NCBI RefSeq assembly: GCF_964194025.1
Contig: NC_134476.1
Coordinates: 4,092,001 to 4,156,000, forward strand
Source: Convolutriloba macropyga
Taxonomy: Eukaryota
Direction: 5' to 3'
DNA length: 64,000 nucleotides
Shown: positions 1 to 12,959 of the stretch, piece by piece
Position numbering within the stretch: the stretch's first letter is position 1
How the letters are laid out: each line of letters opens with the position of its first letter
Notes under the pieces: generated by a model
Database searches by the model: none
Told to the model about the DNA's origin: nothing
What the model saw: only the letters and a program-made list of their open reading frames with translations
Position numbers and translations under genes: made by a program

Positions 1-345
1 CCTTATACTAGTGCCCTTGCTTACTTGTGGACAGTCAGATAATACGCAATGGTAACTTGTCAGAAATCCCAGTTGAGAATTGATGAACGTTATCCAAGTT
101 TAACTCTAAAAAAGTTGTCCAGCGTTACATATTCTCAAGTTGTCCAACTACGATTGAGTTTGCATTTGAGTTAAACATTAGAGAGAGAAAATATGCTGAT
201 AAGATGTGATTTCATGAAAACTTTCTTTTGACTGTTAAACTTGGATCGAGTTGATCAACTTTACATTCGGATTTCTTGCAAGTTACTATTACGTCTTATC
301 TGAATGTCACAGGTATAAAGTTTGCTAGCACAGGTGTTAAAAGAT
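1..345. mobile_element. Degenerate foldback/MITE-like element
   Basis: About 24-104 (GTGGACAGTCAGATAA...TCCAAGTTTAAC) is an imperfect reverse complement of about 233-313 (GTTAAACTTGGA...TTATCTGAATGTCAC). May extend past the window start. Confidence 0.55.
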
Positions 346-645
346 GGCGTACAAATTGTTTTCGGATTTGCTTTTAAATTGGAGTTTTGTGTTAGTTAAG
401 TTCAATTTTTTTGCAGGTCTCAATTCCTTCAATTCTGTTTTGAAGGTCGAGGTCTACGAAGCCATCGCAACAATATTTTGGTTACCTGGCCGCTATATTT
501 GATATTAGATCAATGCAGTAAAAATACAAGAAACGATTTTTTGGCAATAATCCATCGCAATTGTTTCACAATTAATCCAGGTCAATTTTCACTATACAAC
601 TAGTTTCTTCGAGTATTTGTTAATTAATTAAATTAATTTTTGTGC

Positions 646-1072
646 TCATTCTTGTAGACCATCTTCCTGCTGTATTTCTGTTTTCAGAGTACTGGGTGTC
701 GAGGGATTGCTCACAAATGCAACTGCTCCAGAAATATCGTCGTTAATTTTTTTGCCCTTTAAACCTTTTCTCCGTTTACCACCTGCTTTTGATTGCTTTT
801 TGCCTCCTTTCCCGACTTTTGAACCTATACTCGCATTGGAACCTTTTCCTTTCGGATGTCCTTTTTTGCCACGTTCGGTTTTGACTCCTTTTCTGGCATT
901 TGATTTGTAGTTGTATACTCTTGGAATGTTATGAGTAACGATATGCTTCCGTGATTCTTGATGAGTTAAATTAGAAGCACTTGTTCCTTCGTATGACGAT
1001 TCGTCTTCCATTCGAGCTGATCTGAGTCTGCTCTCAATTCTGTTCATGGCTTCCGTCAAATTGATCATGTAA
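646..1072 (-). CDS. Lys/Gly-rich basic protein of unknown function, probable terminal coding exon
   Basis: 140-aa ORF preceded by acceptor CCTTTCAG (exon starts at 1072). A donor GTAAGT at 1205 adds a phase-compatible mini-exon 1228-1206 (MDAQLLIY). No family recognised. Confidence 0.45.
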
Positions 1073-1546
1073 CTGAAAGGAGCTCCTTATTTTGTTTAGA
1101 TGATAAACTTTCGGACCTAACTATTGCGATATCTATTAGTTTCAAAATTTTTTAAAAAAATTGTCACAGATATGAATCTCGCAATACAAAAGTAACAGGA
1201 CTTACTAAATTAAAAGCTGAGCATCCATGAATTCAAGATCTGTTTTAACCAGTCTTCAAATTTCATATAACTGGTTCCCGTTAAATGAACTTTTGTTCTC
1301 TCGAAAATGGCATAAATTCACAAAAAGGCAGGGAAATACTCCAAAGGTCGAGAGCTACAACGATTAAGCGGGTTACTTTTCTGAAGACGGTTAAAAAGCA
1401 ATTGTGCGGCCTTACAGAGGAACTGAATTTCTACAAAGAATCGTGACGAATCGTTAACCCGTTAAACAATTTGCTCTTTGTTTCTAAATTAATCGAAAAT
1501 GACTTATACTTTAATTAAAATCTCCTCTGGAAGAGAGATCATTTTT

Positions 1547-1781
1547 AATTGCTCTTGAACGAAGTTCAAAGCAAATATTGTTAATATGTGTGTTTTTTTT
1601 CATGCAAAATTTTTGCTTGACAGTTTTGACTTCGAGTCACTTCTACGCCCTTGACTTTTTGCGTTTCGCGCGATCTAAAATTTAGGCCCCCTCCCCGACT
1701 GAAGCAGGCTGCATTTTGCAATTGGTTAGAGCTCCCACTAGTCGTTCGAGAGCAATTCTTCCGACGTTTAGTCGGTTATGT
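1547..1781 (+). mobile_element. Helentron-type non-autonomous element (HINE family A), short variant
   Basis: 5' subTIR AATTGCTCTTGAACGA; 3' subTIR TCGTTCGAGAGCAATT; hairpin CCGAC-GTTTA-GTCGG; then TTATGT, with T-flanks. This is the DINE-1/HINE architecture. Confidence 0.75.
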
Positions 1782-2865
1782 TTAGGTTTTAAATCAACAC
1801 TTAAAGAGCATACCTTTCAACTGAAACTTCACTATTGAAATTTGCTATGATGAACTGCTCTAGAAAGAAGTTTCAGTTATTAATTTAGAAGACTCGAAAA
1901 GTTAAGACTCGAAAAGTTGGTCTTAAATTTTCTGAATATATTTCTAAATAAACAACTACCTGTCTTTCGCTCTTTAGAACTCACTCACTTGAAGATTGGA
2001 TTCAATAAAAGAACACACAAACTCTCAATTAATGAAGCTGCCAAAAGTCAAGAAAAAACAAAACTAACTGGTCGAATGCTTCACCAATTTGCATTATGAA
2101 CAAAACACCTAGCAAAAAGCTTTTAAAAAAGCTCTAAATACTTTTCATCATAAGAAATTTTTATCCCACCCCAATTTAGTCGAATTGGGTAAAAAATGGA
2201 AGGACGTCAGAATTAAATACAAGTTCTGACATTAAAAAAATAATCATTTAAAATATGACCTTGTGTTTAAGTTATATCAGTTTATCTTTGATCGATGAAA
2301 TTTGACTAGAGTTTAACTGTCTGACCTTTACAGCTCTTAAACTTATTACACATTATACATTTGTATGCTGTGTTGGAGTCTGCCATTTTTATGGGCTGAA
2401 TGTAGATTACACAATTCACCTGTTCGTTCGTTTTTTTTTAATTTTGAGTCTTATGCAAAATGTTTTCTTAACCGTTCATTTTAAAATTTTCATAAAAACT
2501 TCAGCTCGCTTGATCGGTTTGGCTTTTCAACATGAACGTGATAACTAGTACTACTAGAGGGCAAAAATTTGCCAAGCGGTTCTCCTTGGGCTTTAGTTTG
2601 TTTTGAAACTGCTCAGGAAGCAAAGAGGCATGAAGAGCATTTTTCTCTCCCACCCCTCTTGCTCAGTTCGGCCGTTCTCCCCAAGCTTAAGCTTGCTTTA
2701 ATTGAAGGCGACCCCTTACCTATTATTTGAGAGCAACGATTGAGGTTTTATTGTGGTTTTATTATCATTCTGATTTTGGCTTTATTATCATTCGGATGAA
2801 AGTAAGTCAGTTATCAATATAGGATTTTTCTATGGTCTGTTTCGAGGTTGTCTACCAAGATGCTC

Positions 2866-2889
2866 CTCTCTCCCTGCCCGCTCTCTCTA

Positions 2890-2958
<69 letters not shown>
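2866..2958 (+). repeat. (CT)n microsatellite
   Basis: Directly visible, with a few interruptions. Confidence 0.95.
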
Positions 2959-2960
<2 letters not shown>

Positions 2961-4533
2961 ATCAATTTGGTTAGGAATACGACCATAGTTCTCGGTTTTC
3001 TTTGTAAATATTTGGACATGTCTCAGAAAAATATTATCTATGAAGTATTTTCAAATGGAAGATAACTCGATCGTCCTTCAAGGATCTATTTTAAGTCCAT
3101 TGCGTTTCTTTTTCTATCTAACCTTTGTAAACAAATTTCTTGGCTTCCTTCTTTTGATTTTTCCTAAGAAATTTTTAAATTTCTTTGATGCTACGATTTG
3201 TCAGAATACGTTCATGTTCATTGGCCAGACCAAATCAGGTTAATGATACCTAAGAGAGCTAAGTAAGAGACGAACGAACTAGATCTCTATAATGCAAACT
3301 TTCTTTGTTGACAATTGTTGGTCATCTCAACTCTTTCCTCCAGTTTCAAGATGTTTCATCAAGATCATCTCATTACACGAGTAAATTTTCCTGTTGAGTT
3401 GATCTCGATCTCTGTTTTAGTTTAGTTGTTTGCTTTATTAACATTGTCTTGGCTAGATTATTGAAGTTGTCTATGTATTAAACTTTTGTTTTCGTAGCGT
3501 TTTTTGTTTGTTGCCGATAAAATAAGTAAATCATCATAGTAAAAATCAGTTTTTAAGAGAAACTTCCTTGTAAATTCAAGAATTCTATTCGAAAAATTTT
3601 CAATGGGGCATCGCTAAGTTCATCTGTCAAGAATTTTTGATTATCTATCAGAATTGCTCCGTCTTTGATTAATAACACTTCTGTTCTATGTAAACAACCT
3701 AATTGTACCAATAATGGTGGACTTTATTCTTACTTGGAAAAATTAAAATTTATTTGATGTGACGCTAGCCATGGAATATATACGATATGGAATATATTCA
3801 TATTATCTGAAGGACAGTTTGATACATGATACATCTATTAACAATCATTAAAATTAATTGATTTGTTCCTTGAAATTGAAGAGTAATTTTTGTTCCTTGA
3901 AATTGAGATTATATTGATTTTTGGGATCTTTTCCTTCTGTGCCCGCCCCTCCCTCACTAAGCTATTCGCCTGCCAGTTACTGAGCACGTGTAATTACATA
4001 GTAAAGCATTAGGTAAAAATTTGATACGTGCGTCTCGGTGGCATAAATAAAATGATCCGATTTTAGTTCGTTGCATACCAAATGTACATCTATAATAGTT
4101 GGCGATGCCATTAAGCAGCCTGTCGATTGGCTCAGGCTTCCTAGAAATTCCTCAATTCTTATGAGGTGTTTTAAGAGTTATATTTGCACCCAATCATAAT
4201 ATGGAGCTCACGAGCTATTGGAAAAATCGATTTTTTTTCGTTGTTTATGAAAAATCGGGAACTTTGTGAAAAATTTGTGATGTGACCTAATTGTACCAGC
4301 GCATCTTTCATACAGCTCAAGAAGTTTCCATACCATATTCACGACCCTAATAACGATTTTCCCATTTTTTTATTTTTGTTGAAAATGGAACAGAGCGTGG
4401 GAAATTTGCAACGTTGAAATGATACAATTTCAGGTACTCGATAAAACTTGTTTGAAGGTACGGCACATTTTTGTAAATTTATTAGCGTGATTATAACGTG
4501 ACCTAATTTTGTTCTTTTTAAAAAGCTTACGAA

Positions 4534-5951
4534 TTATGTAAAAATTAAGAGCTCCCTGTTGTCACGACTGTCTTTTATATCAACCGCGATTTCAAAATCG
4601 GCCTCTGAATATGACTTATTAGCCTTACTGTTGAACTCGCCGTTCAAAATTCGACGTCGCTTTTCTTCATTTTTCTGTTTCAACTCTTCGATCCATTTAT
4701 CAATGTTGTACTGACTCCCACCGAAACGCATTTCGTCCGCAAGCTTGTAAGCGTAATGTAAATTGCCGCGAAATTTCACCCGAACGGGGGAAATTAACAC
4801 ACCAATGTCGGGTAATTTCAGTATGGTTCGTTTTATGGGCTCCGTTTCTGTTTTTGACGGCTTGATTTGCTGGGAAGCTTTTAGTTCCGGATGTTTGAAC
4901 TCCTCAACTGTCTCGACTTTTGGCCCGTATTGCCAATCGCTGTTTCGCTCCTCGACAGCTTTGGTAAAAATTGTGTCAGGATACTTCACGCCTCGGTAAT
5001 TGCAGATATTTTGCATACTTATCGAGAGTAAATCGGTTTCGGGGTTGCAAACAGTCTCCATAGAATGCAGTGATTGGTTGAACCCAAATCGGTCCATCAT
5101 TTCGACATTGATGGCACGGAAAAGGTAGTTCCTGGTTTCAAGGAGCTTCCGGTAAGTTGGGGAATTCGATCGTGAGTTGAAAGTGTCGGAATTTGCGAAG
5201 ACTATTCTGTCTTCTGTTTCATCACTGCTCGGTTTCTTAAGCAACTAAAATATTCAGCGACCATATTCTGCTTTCTGTAAATGAACCATTTTTTAGCAAC
5301 AAATGAACGCTGAAACCGAATAAATTGACTAGATATTTGCAGCGTTCTTTTTGAATGCAACATGTAAATTTTTGTATGTAAATCTTAAAACAGTGAAAAT
5401 GAAAACATTTTTTAGTGTTGGATATTCTTTGTTTTGTTTAATTTTGCGACTAGAGTTGAACTATTTTTTAAACTTCCACGTGTAGTCGAAAATATTGCAA
5501 TGTTAAGCTGGACAACAGCTATCTACAAAAATACAGTTGATAAAAATAAGTATACTGTACTCTAAAAGCCTTGAATCGTCAAGGAATTGTAACGTATAAA
5601 CGGATCAAAATATGCTCCATAAGAGAGCAAAATAAGCGTAAAGGAAAAGTGTACCTGACACCGTGTGTTGAACGTGCTGGGTCTGAATTTCGGTGGCCCT
5701 CTAATCCAGTCTTTATTATCAAATGGAAGCAGGTGGCGACTGCTTCTATTCCCTTCTGTCTCTTGAACCCCTGTCCCCCCACTAATACCAGTAAGTTGTT
5801 CATCTGACTTGGTTAATCCCAGTGTCTTACTGCGGTAAAAACTGCTTGGCTCTGTTAGCAAACTGGCCGTGGTTTTGTGTGATCGACTGGAGCAGGTTCG
5901 AAACCCAGCGGGGCCAGAATGTCGGTGGTGGAGGTTGGAGTTGGCTGTCAT
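4534..5951 (-). CDS. Two-exon gene of unknown function, about 335 aa; join(5951..5655, 5244..4534)
   Basis: ATG at 5951; donor CAG|GTACAC after 5655 (99 codons, phase 0); acceptor TTTTAG immediately before 5244, opening the 236-codon ORF in frame. Confidence 0.65.
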
Positions 5952-7330
5952 TTCGCATAAACGATCGAAAGGTCAATAATTTTTATTTTGTTTGTTTTTG
6001 GTTAACTATTGTTCATTGCTGGTGATAATTTTTTTCGCAAAGTTTCAACTAAATATTAACAGTTATTTACATTACGTTACTGCTGACGCGGTTGATCAAA
6101 CTTCGCGGTTTTATAAACTCAGTATGTTTTGTTTAGTTTTGAGTAAATGCAAACTGCTTTTTTAAATCGAATGCCTGCAAAAATAACTACTTAAGGTTAG
6201 CTTTTTAATACAGCTTTAATTTAGTTGCTTATCATTTGAGAATCTAGCATTTCGAGAGATTTTTTGTAGTGATAATTTGTAACCGATTTAATTAAGTTGA
6301 CAATTTTTCATATCAAGATATTAGGTTTTATTGAATTTCAGTCGGTGATAATTATTTTGTATAATGCGAAGCGGAGTGTTCAGAAAAAACCTGAAATAGA
6401 ATATATTAGAAAGAAGCGGTGTTCTGACTTTGATTTTGCGAGAAAACGCTAAAAATATACAAATGCTGGTATTGTGAATTTTTGCTGTATTTGTGTATCT
6501 CTTTAGTCTTAATTACAATTTTATGACAAAATCGTGACGCTAAGTGATTTTGAACAAAAACGGGAAATGAGCTCTTTTCTATCTGATGTTGCTGCTTCCT
6601 AATGCGTCTCGTGTTGTAACCATCGATTTTATTAAACCTGGTTTTAAGAAGTTAAGCTGTTTTATTTTCTCTGCTAAATAACTTAGTAGATAAAACACAG
6701 ATTGTAACACGCCTTAAAGAAGAATTATTCAGTCAAATAGATCAAATCTCGATAAGAAACACTAATCAAAGTTCATGTCTTGATAATATTGCATGTTGTG
6801 AATCTTCGATTTGAGACTTCATACGAAGTCTCGTCTTCTGAGCAAGTGAATAATCGTGAACAATTTCGCTCGCTTGAAATTGTTCCCTTTTCCACGTGAT
6901 CTCAGTCCCCTAACAAGAGGCGAAATTTAAGCCATTGCAATTATTGGGGAAACGGGACAAACGGAAAAGATCCCAATTATTATATACTATTATAATGCTT
7001 GGGGGGGGGGGGGAAGTTGTCATCACTATCACTATTGCAAATATATTGTTTTAGATTGAGAACGGTTTTACTGATATGCCGTATGAAGTAGTTGGTATAA
7101 CAAAACTGATACCAACTTTACAGGATCAGAACTATAGTGGTTTTCATTATTTGATGTTGCACTATTTCAACTTAGGAGCTTGAGAGAATTAAAAAGAAAG
7201 ATTTTAAAGATAATTGAAGTTTCGATTTTGCGCTATTATTCCTTTTTTTAGAAGAAATTGGAATGTTCTGTTGTTGATTCCTGGCAAAGTTTTATAGCAT
7301 GTACAAGTTTATTGTCTACAAGTTTATTGT

Positions 7331-7569
7331 TGAGTGATCTCAATTGCTCTCATTCTAAAATAAAGTTTGTTGCTAAATTAAATGAGCGATGGCAGCAAAG
7401 CAGGTATCGCTTAATAGTTAAGATTTAGGACGGCCACTCAGGACGTAATGGGTGCGAACCCCTGTGGAGTGGTTTTTGTAGCACCATAAAAAATTCTCAG
7501 TTACACTACCTCTAAATTGCCGCCTCCTGTCATTTGAGAGCAATTCATCCGACGTTAGTCGGTCTGTGT
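7331..7569 (+). mobile_element. HINE family A, 5'-truncated, with tRNA-like cassette
   Basis: Shared block GAGTGATCTC..TTGCTCTC..GTTGCTAA; B-box-like GGTGCGAACCCC; 3' TTGAGAGCAATT plus hairpin CCGAC..GTCGG. Confidence 0.65.
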
Positions 7570-8749
7570 TTATTAAGTGCTCTGGAACCAGTGATTCACC
7601 AATGATTTCGGTTTAATTGAAAAATTAACTCAAATCCGGAATATTTAATGGAAAAGTATTTTTTTTTTCATTTTTCGTACATTTGTTCTACGCCATTTAA
7701 CCCTGACTCATGTATTTTAGGAGTGTTATGACAATAAAATAATTGAATTGGTTCTTTTAAGGACATTCAAAACAACCGACGCCGCAACCGGTTGAGGAAA
7801 GAGGAAAAAACTTTTTCTGACTTTACTGACTTTGATACGTGCACCGCTCAGTTGATCACTATGAATTGATCATCAGTGGAAAATTTGTGGCTAGAAGAAC
7901 AGAAACAAAAAATGGAGGACAGATGTTTGGTTCTCTTTTAAACATGGTTTCTGAAATTGTTCCACAATTAATTGAATCATGAAATGAGACTCATTTAGCG
8001 TGAGTTAGTTAATATACAAAAACTCCAGATTTTCAGTTAACGTCAAAACCTCTATTTTCATACTTTTTCGTCGATTTGAGGCATAAACAATGAAAAGAAC
8101 TGGTTTGATTTAAATAATACAAAACTGGATATGTACTTTTATAGGACACATGAATTAAAAATAACTTGAAAAAACTTGACTTAATCTTCAACTTTATCTT
8201 CTGACCATTCGATCTTTAACTGGATCTTCGACTGGAGCTCGAGTCAATTTGAAGCTCGAGTCAATTTGAATGGTTAACGTTTCATCATTGACTGAAAAAA
8301 ATAAAGTGAAAAATCTGTTTAAAAAGTAATTTCAAATTAATCCTTTTTGGGTTCTTAAGCTAATCATTAAGATCATGTCCGTAACTTTATTCTTTGATAT
8401 TTGGAGATACTTGACACCTATGTTTGAACATTTGGAGACTTGAGAATTCTGTGCTACGGACAGTCTCGCACGAGCCGTCTGGTTGCACTTCTTTTGATGT
8501 TGTTTTCCCGTGGGAGTTCGCGAACAACGAATATATAGTTCCAATATAGAAGAATAACGAATTTTCTGGTTCGTTTAATTCATAACTGACAAGAAGAATA
8601 AATCAAGCACACTATTAAATGAACCAGAAGAGGTTAGATGGACGGGACCATGTGGTCGCCTCAAACATCTGCCCTGGGAAAACCCTGACTTGTTAAAGTT
8701 TACAGAAAAGGAGAAATGATCAACTATTTTAACCAAATTTTAAATAAAC

Positions 8750-11700
8750 TAATTTAAGCTAAAAAAACTAAAATAAACTTAAACTAAAATAAACTAAAAA
8801 AAATGCACTCGAAGTTTCCCAGATGAATTCTCCTACATTTAATTTATTAGGTATTCTGGCATCCTGAGGTTCTTGGGTAAGCAATAGACCAAAGAATTCT
8901 CCAGAGTCTTACTGGTGATCTTACGCCGGAAAGTGGATGAAAATATCAACACGGTCCATCAAGGCCCTTCATATTAAATTTCCGGGTTGATATTTCTTTC
9001 ACTCTTCTAAATTGATCACCAGGCAAAGTACAAAGACCTATATTGACACACTATTCACATATCTTTCTTACTAGCTCCATGTTTTTAAAAATGGAGGTTT
9101 CTCTCAAAGAATTGTTTTTTTTTGATAAACAATAAATCGTTTTTTTCATTTCTTGAATTCCTCCTAACCTCAACAAGTTGTGTAATTTGGCTCCATGATA
9201 TTGTATTTAGTGTTTATGAAACTTACTGTTGGGCCTAATTTCAAATAGCAAATTGACATCTAGTTGATTTCTTGGAACAAAATGCCGTAACTTTGCCAAT
9301 ACTCCGCACTTATTTGCAAGACTAAATATTATCCTTCCGAAGTGTGGCTTGAAAAAAAATTTTTATCAATTACTATTCTCAGGTACCTAAACTCTGGTTC
9401 TTCCAAATTTATTGAATGAACTGAAAAGACATTTTTGGAAGCACTTGTTTTAAAATCTACTTGCGCACTTTTTTTAACGTTAAGTACTAGTTTATTGACG
9501 ATCAGCCACTCATGTACCGTATCTATGTCCTTTCTCACTAACTAAGGTTCACATCCAATATTAAGTATGCTTTTATCGTCGGCGAAAAGTAAAACGTCCA
9601 CATTACTGTTTATAGTAGGCAAGTCATTGATGTAGATGAGGTACAAAAGTGGTCCAAGAATTGAACCTTGTGGGACACCACAGGGGATCGTTTTCTGATT
9701 GGATTGCATTCCATTTACTCCAACGTATTGTAGACGGTTTTGCAGATAAGATTCAAACCATTTAAGTGCAATGCCACGTACTCCGTAGTGCTCGAGTTTA
9801 TAGAGTAAAATGTCAGGTTCAATCATATCAAACACTTTCTAAGGATCCAGGAATAAGCTCCCGGTACTTGACTTACCTGGGCTTGATCGTGTTTTTTCAG
9901 TTATTTCAACTAACGCGTCTATTGTACAGTATTTGGGTCGAAATCCAAACTGTTTGATATACAACAATTGATACTTTCCTAGTAAGGAGTAAAGCCTGTT
10001 GTACATCACTCTTTCAAACACTTTACTTTACTTCAAACTGGGAGCAGTGAAATCTGTCGATAGTTGTTTTTATCAGTCTTGGAATCACCCTTGTTTTTTG
10101 GAATTACTTTTGCTAATTTGAGAACCTCAGGGAATGCACCATTTTTCGAAAGAGGTTTAGCTGGAAGATAACTTTTCACAGACGTACCAATGCTAACAAA
10201 AAAATCTTTAAACCTTTCGGCTGTCTGATTTATTATCAATGCTCTGCTCGCTGTCCAATGATGGTTCATCTCTATTTAATATACTTTTCCCGCACAGATC
10301 ATTCATAAGTTATATTTGTCTGCAATGTCCAATACATACAGGTAATTTAGATAAATAGAAATCTTTTTCGCTGCTTTAACTTCCTTTTGAAATTTCCCTC
10401 GGTGATAATTAAAAATTCTTCGGCTTGCATCGCTGCCTGTTTCTTTCCACTTTTTATGAGCATTATTTCCTTTTGTCCTTGAGTTTTTTAAATTTGTTCG
10501 TGAACCAGTTGGGCCGGCGTCTTTCTCTTTTTTGCTCAAGTGGGAAGTTATGATCGGTTACATTCTGAAAAGTGCTATGAAAGCATTTGAAGGCACTGAC
10601 TATTTTTTCTATGTTTAAAGAATCATTGCAAATAAGCGCTTCATGTAAGTTTTTCCTGAATTTTTCTTTCTTTTTACTGCACTTTAAATTTTTCGTATCC
10701 CGATAGACTTGACAATGGTTTTGATTTTTTTTGATTTGAGATGTGAGTTGTCAGTATGATGGGACAGTGGTCTGAGAAGGTCTCTCGATCCATTACGGAA
10801 AGCTCAGGCTTGTCTAAATTCTTACAAATGAAGTGATCTAGACATGAGGATGAAGCTTCGCCAAAACGAGTTGCTTCAAAATGGAGGAGATGGGAACCGG
10901 CTGCCGTTATACTAGTTTTATATTCTTTTGTTAGGTTATTTTTGCAATAGTATTAAAGTCAGCTGTCAAAATCAATACCTTTTTCAAGCTTGAATGCTGT
11001 TGCAGGAAACCATCAAGGATTCTAATAAAATTTTTTTTCGCGTGGGGGTTGTAAATAAGACACACACTGATCATGTAGGATCCTTTTCTGAAAGAAGCAT
11101 GGATTGATTCCACAAATATGCTGGAAATTTGTTTTACGGTGCATACTTTATTGTGAACTTGGATTATTATACCTCTCCCTTTTCCATTTCGTTCTGTTAT
11201 GTAATGCCTGTAACATGGGTGAAGATCGAGCTTCGGGTCGTCGTCATTTTTAAGCCAAGTCTCGGGAAGTAAATCAAGTCGGGAGGGTCTTTAAAACTTA
11301 GGACAAGTGCTTCTAAGTCCTTATAGTGAGGTTCTAGAGATCGAACATTCATGTGTAGGACACTGAAATTAGTTTGTCATTTCCATATTTTAGCACGATT
11401 TTGATTTTATACTGCACTTTGGTCATGCTTCGAAAACGCAAAACTTGATTATTATCATATTGAAGCAATATTCCGCCCTCATTTGGGTCCGTGATTTTGT
11501 TGTGCCTATCTTCAAAAATATGTTTCCCGCCCTTGTCCAAGCGCTTCTATTATCTCATCTGATCGCATCAATCTGAGGAAATTGAGTCGAGTATTTGTGA
11601 TTTCCTCCACTGTATTAACATTTTCCCTGTTCTCATCTTCTAGCAGCTTCTTTTTGTTAATAAGCTTCTCAACTTTTGCAACTGTGCGTGCAAACTGTAG

Positions 11701-12400
11701 TATAATTGGCTTTTTGATGTTAGACTTGGCAATCTATGGACGATAGATAAATCGTTCAGGTCAACCTGAGCTATCTTCTGCGCCACTTCAATAATTTTTC
11801 CATTCTAGTCTTTGTAGATTCAGTGACATGTTTCCCTTCATCATCCGTCGTGTATCCAGCCATTCCAATAATTTTAAGATTATCACGCCGATTTTAGTTT
11901 TCCAACTGTTCATTTTGCAAGAGGATCTTCAATTCAAGAATTGTTTTTTCTTTCCATATTGACGTTTACTCTCTGATTCAGATCCTCCTTCATATTGTTT
12001 ACAGGTTGCTCCATTGTCTTCATTGTAGAATTCAGTTGTTCAGATAAACTTTTCGTTACATTTTCCATTATTTTCGGTAGAACTTCGGATAGGGACTTTT
12101 GAATGGCTTTATCTATTATTTGTTGGACTTCAGCACCTTGTTCACATAAAGACTGAGAACGTCGCAGGTTTGTTTTTTGCTTGACTCGTCAACAGGGGTT
12201 GATATGATCACTGAGGATGAATTGTCATGATATCTTAACGGACCCAATCTCTCGTCTGTGGAAATCAGGAACCCTTCGTTTGTTGTTGAATCATCTGCAG
12301 TATTCATTTTTCCAATCTTAAACTATTTATTAAGTTTATCACAACAATTAGGCAATGTAACATTGTTAAGAATATAATGAATAGGATGAAGCTATCTTCT
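8750..12400 (-). mobile_element. Decayed CR1/L2-clade LINE (ORF1 plus endonuclease/RT ORF2), pseudogenised; boundaries approximate
   Basis: RT motifs [20 protein letters not shown] and LLFADD, NYRQISLLPV, QFGFR; endonuclease motifs PETWL, LTADFN, CLDHF; ORF1 motif RRDNLKIIG near 11860-11890; many stops and frameshifts. Confidence 0.9.
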
Positions 12401-12959
12401 TAATGGTACGAGAAGTAAATTGATGTACAGATTTTGTGTTCGCTCAATGAGGTTAAAAGTTCTTGCGTAGTGACTAAGCGATTAAAAAAAATGCTATAGC
12501 AAGGTGCAGATGTTGACATAATTTTGCGCCAAAACTTAGAGGATGTTCAGCGAGCGCAGTTGCTGTGCATATGAATCAGCACTGAATTTGAATCAGCATT
12601 TCGTAAATTTAAAGCTGTGTGTGTGTGTGTTTAAGTTATGAACTGATCTTAAGTTATCCATCTTGGACATATCTCAGCTCCTCTTTTTGTTTCTGTGTAT
12701 GCTATAACAAGTTTGTTTTCTGCGCAATTTGTTGATTGCCTTCTAAATATTCGCTCTTTACGTTAAAAGCTGGCAGGTAATTACATAACTTAGCTGTTCA
12801 ATATGAATGCCGAGTTGGGTATTTCTGTAGCTGTTGCCATTGTGCTGGATCCTTTACAGATATGTGGAAACTTAACTTCAAATTGGTATCTTTGAAACAC
12901 CCCCTTACTTTTTTTTATAAATAACCCAAGTGTCGAGGGTTTTTTTCCTTCAGAATGTG

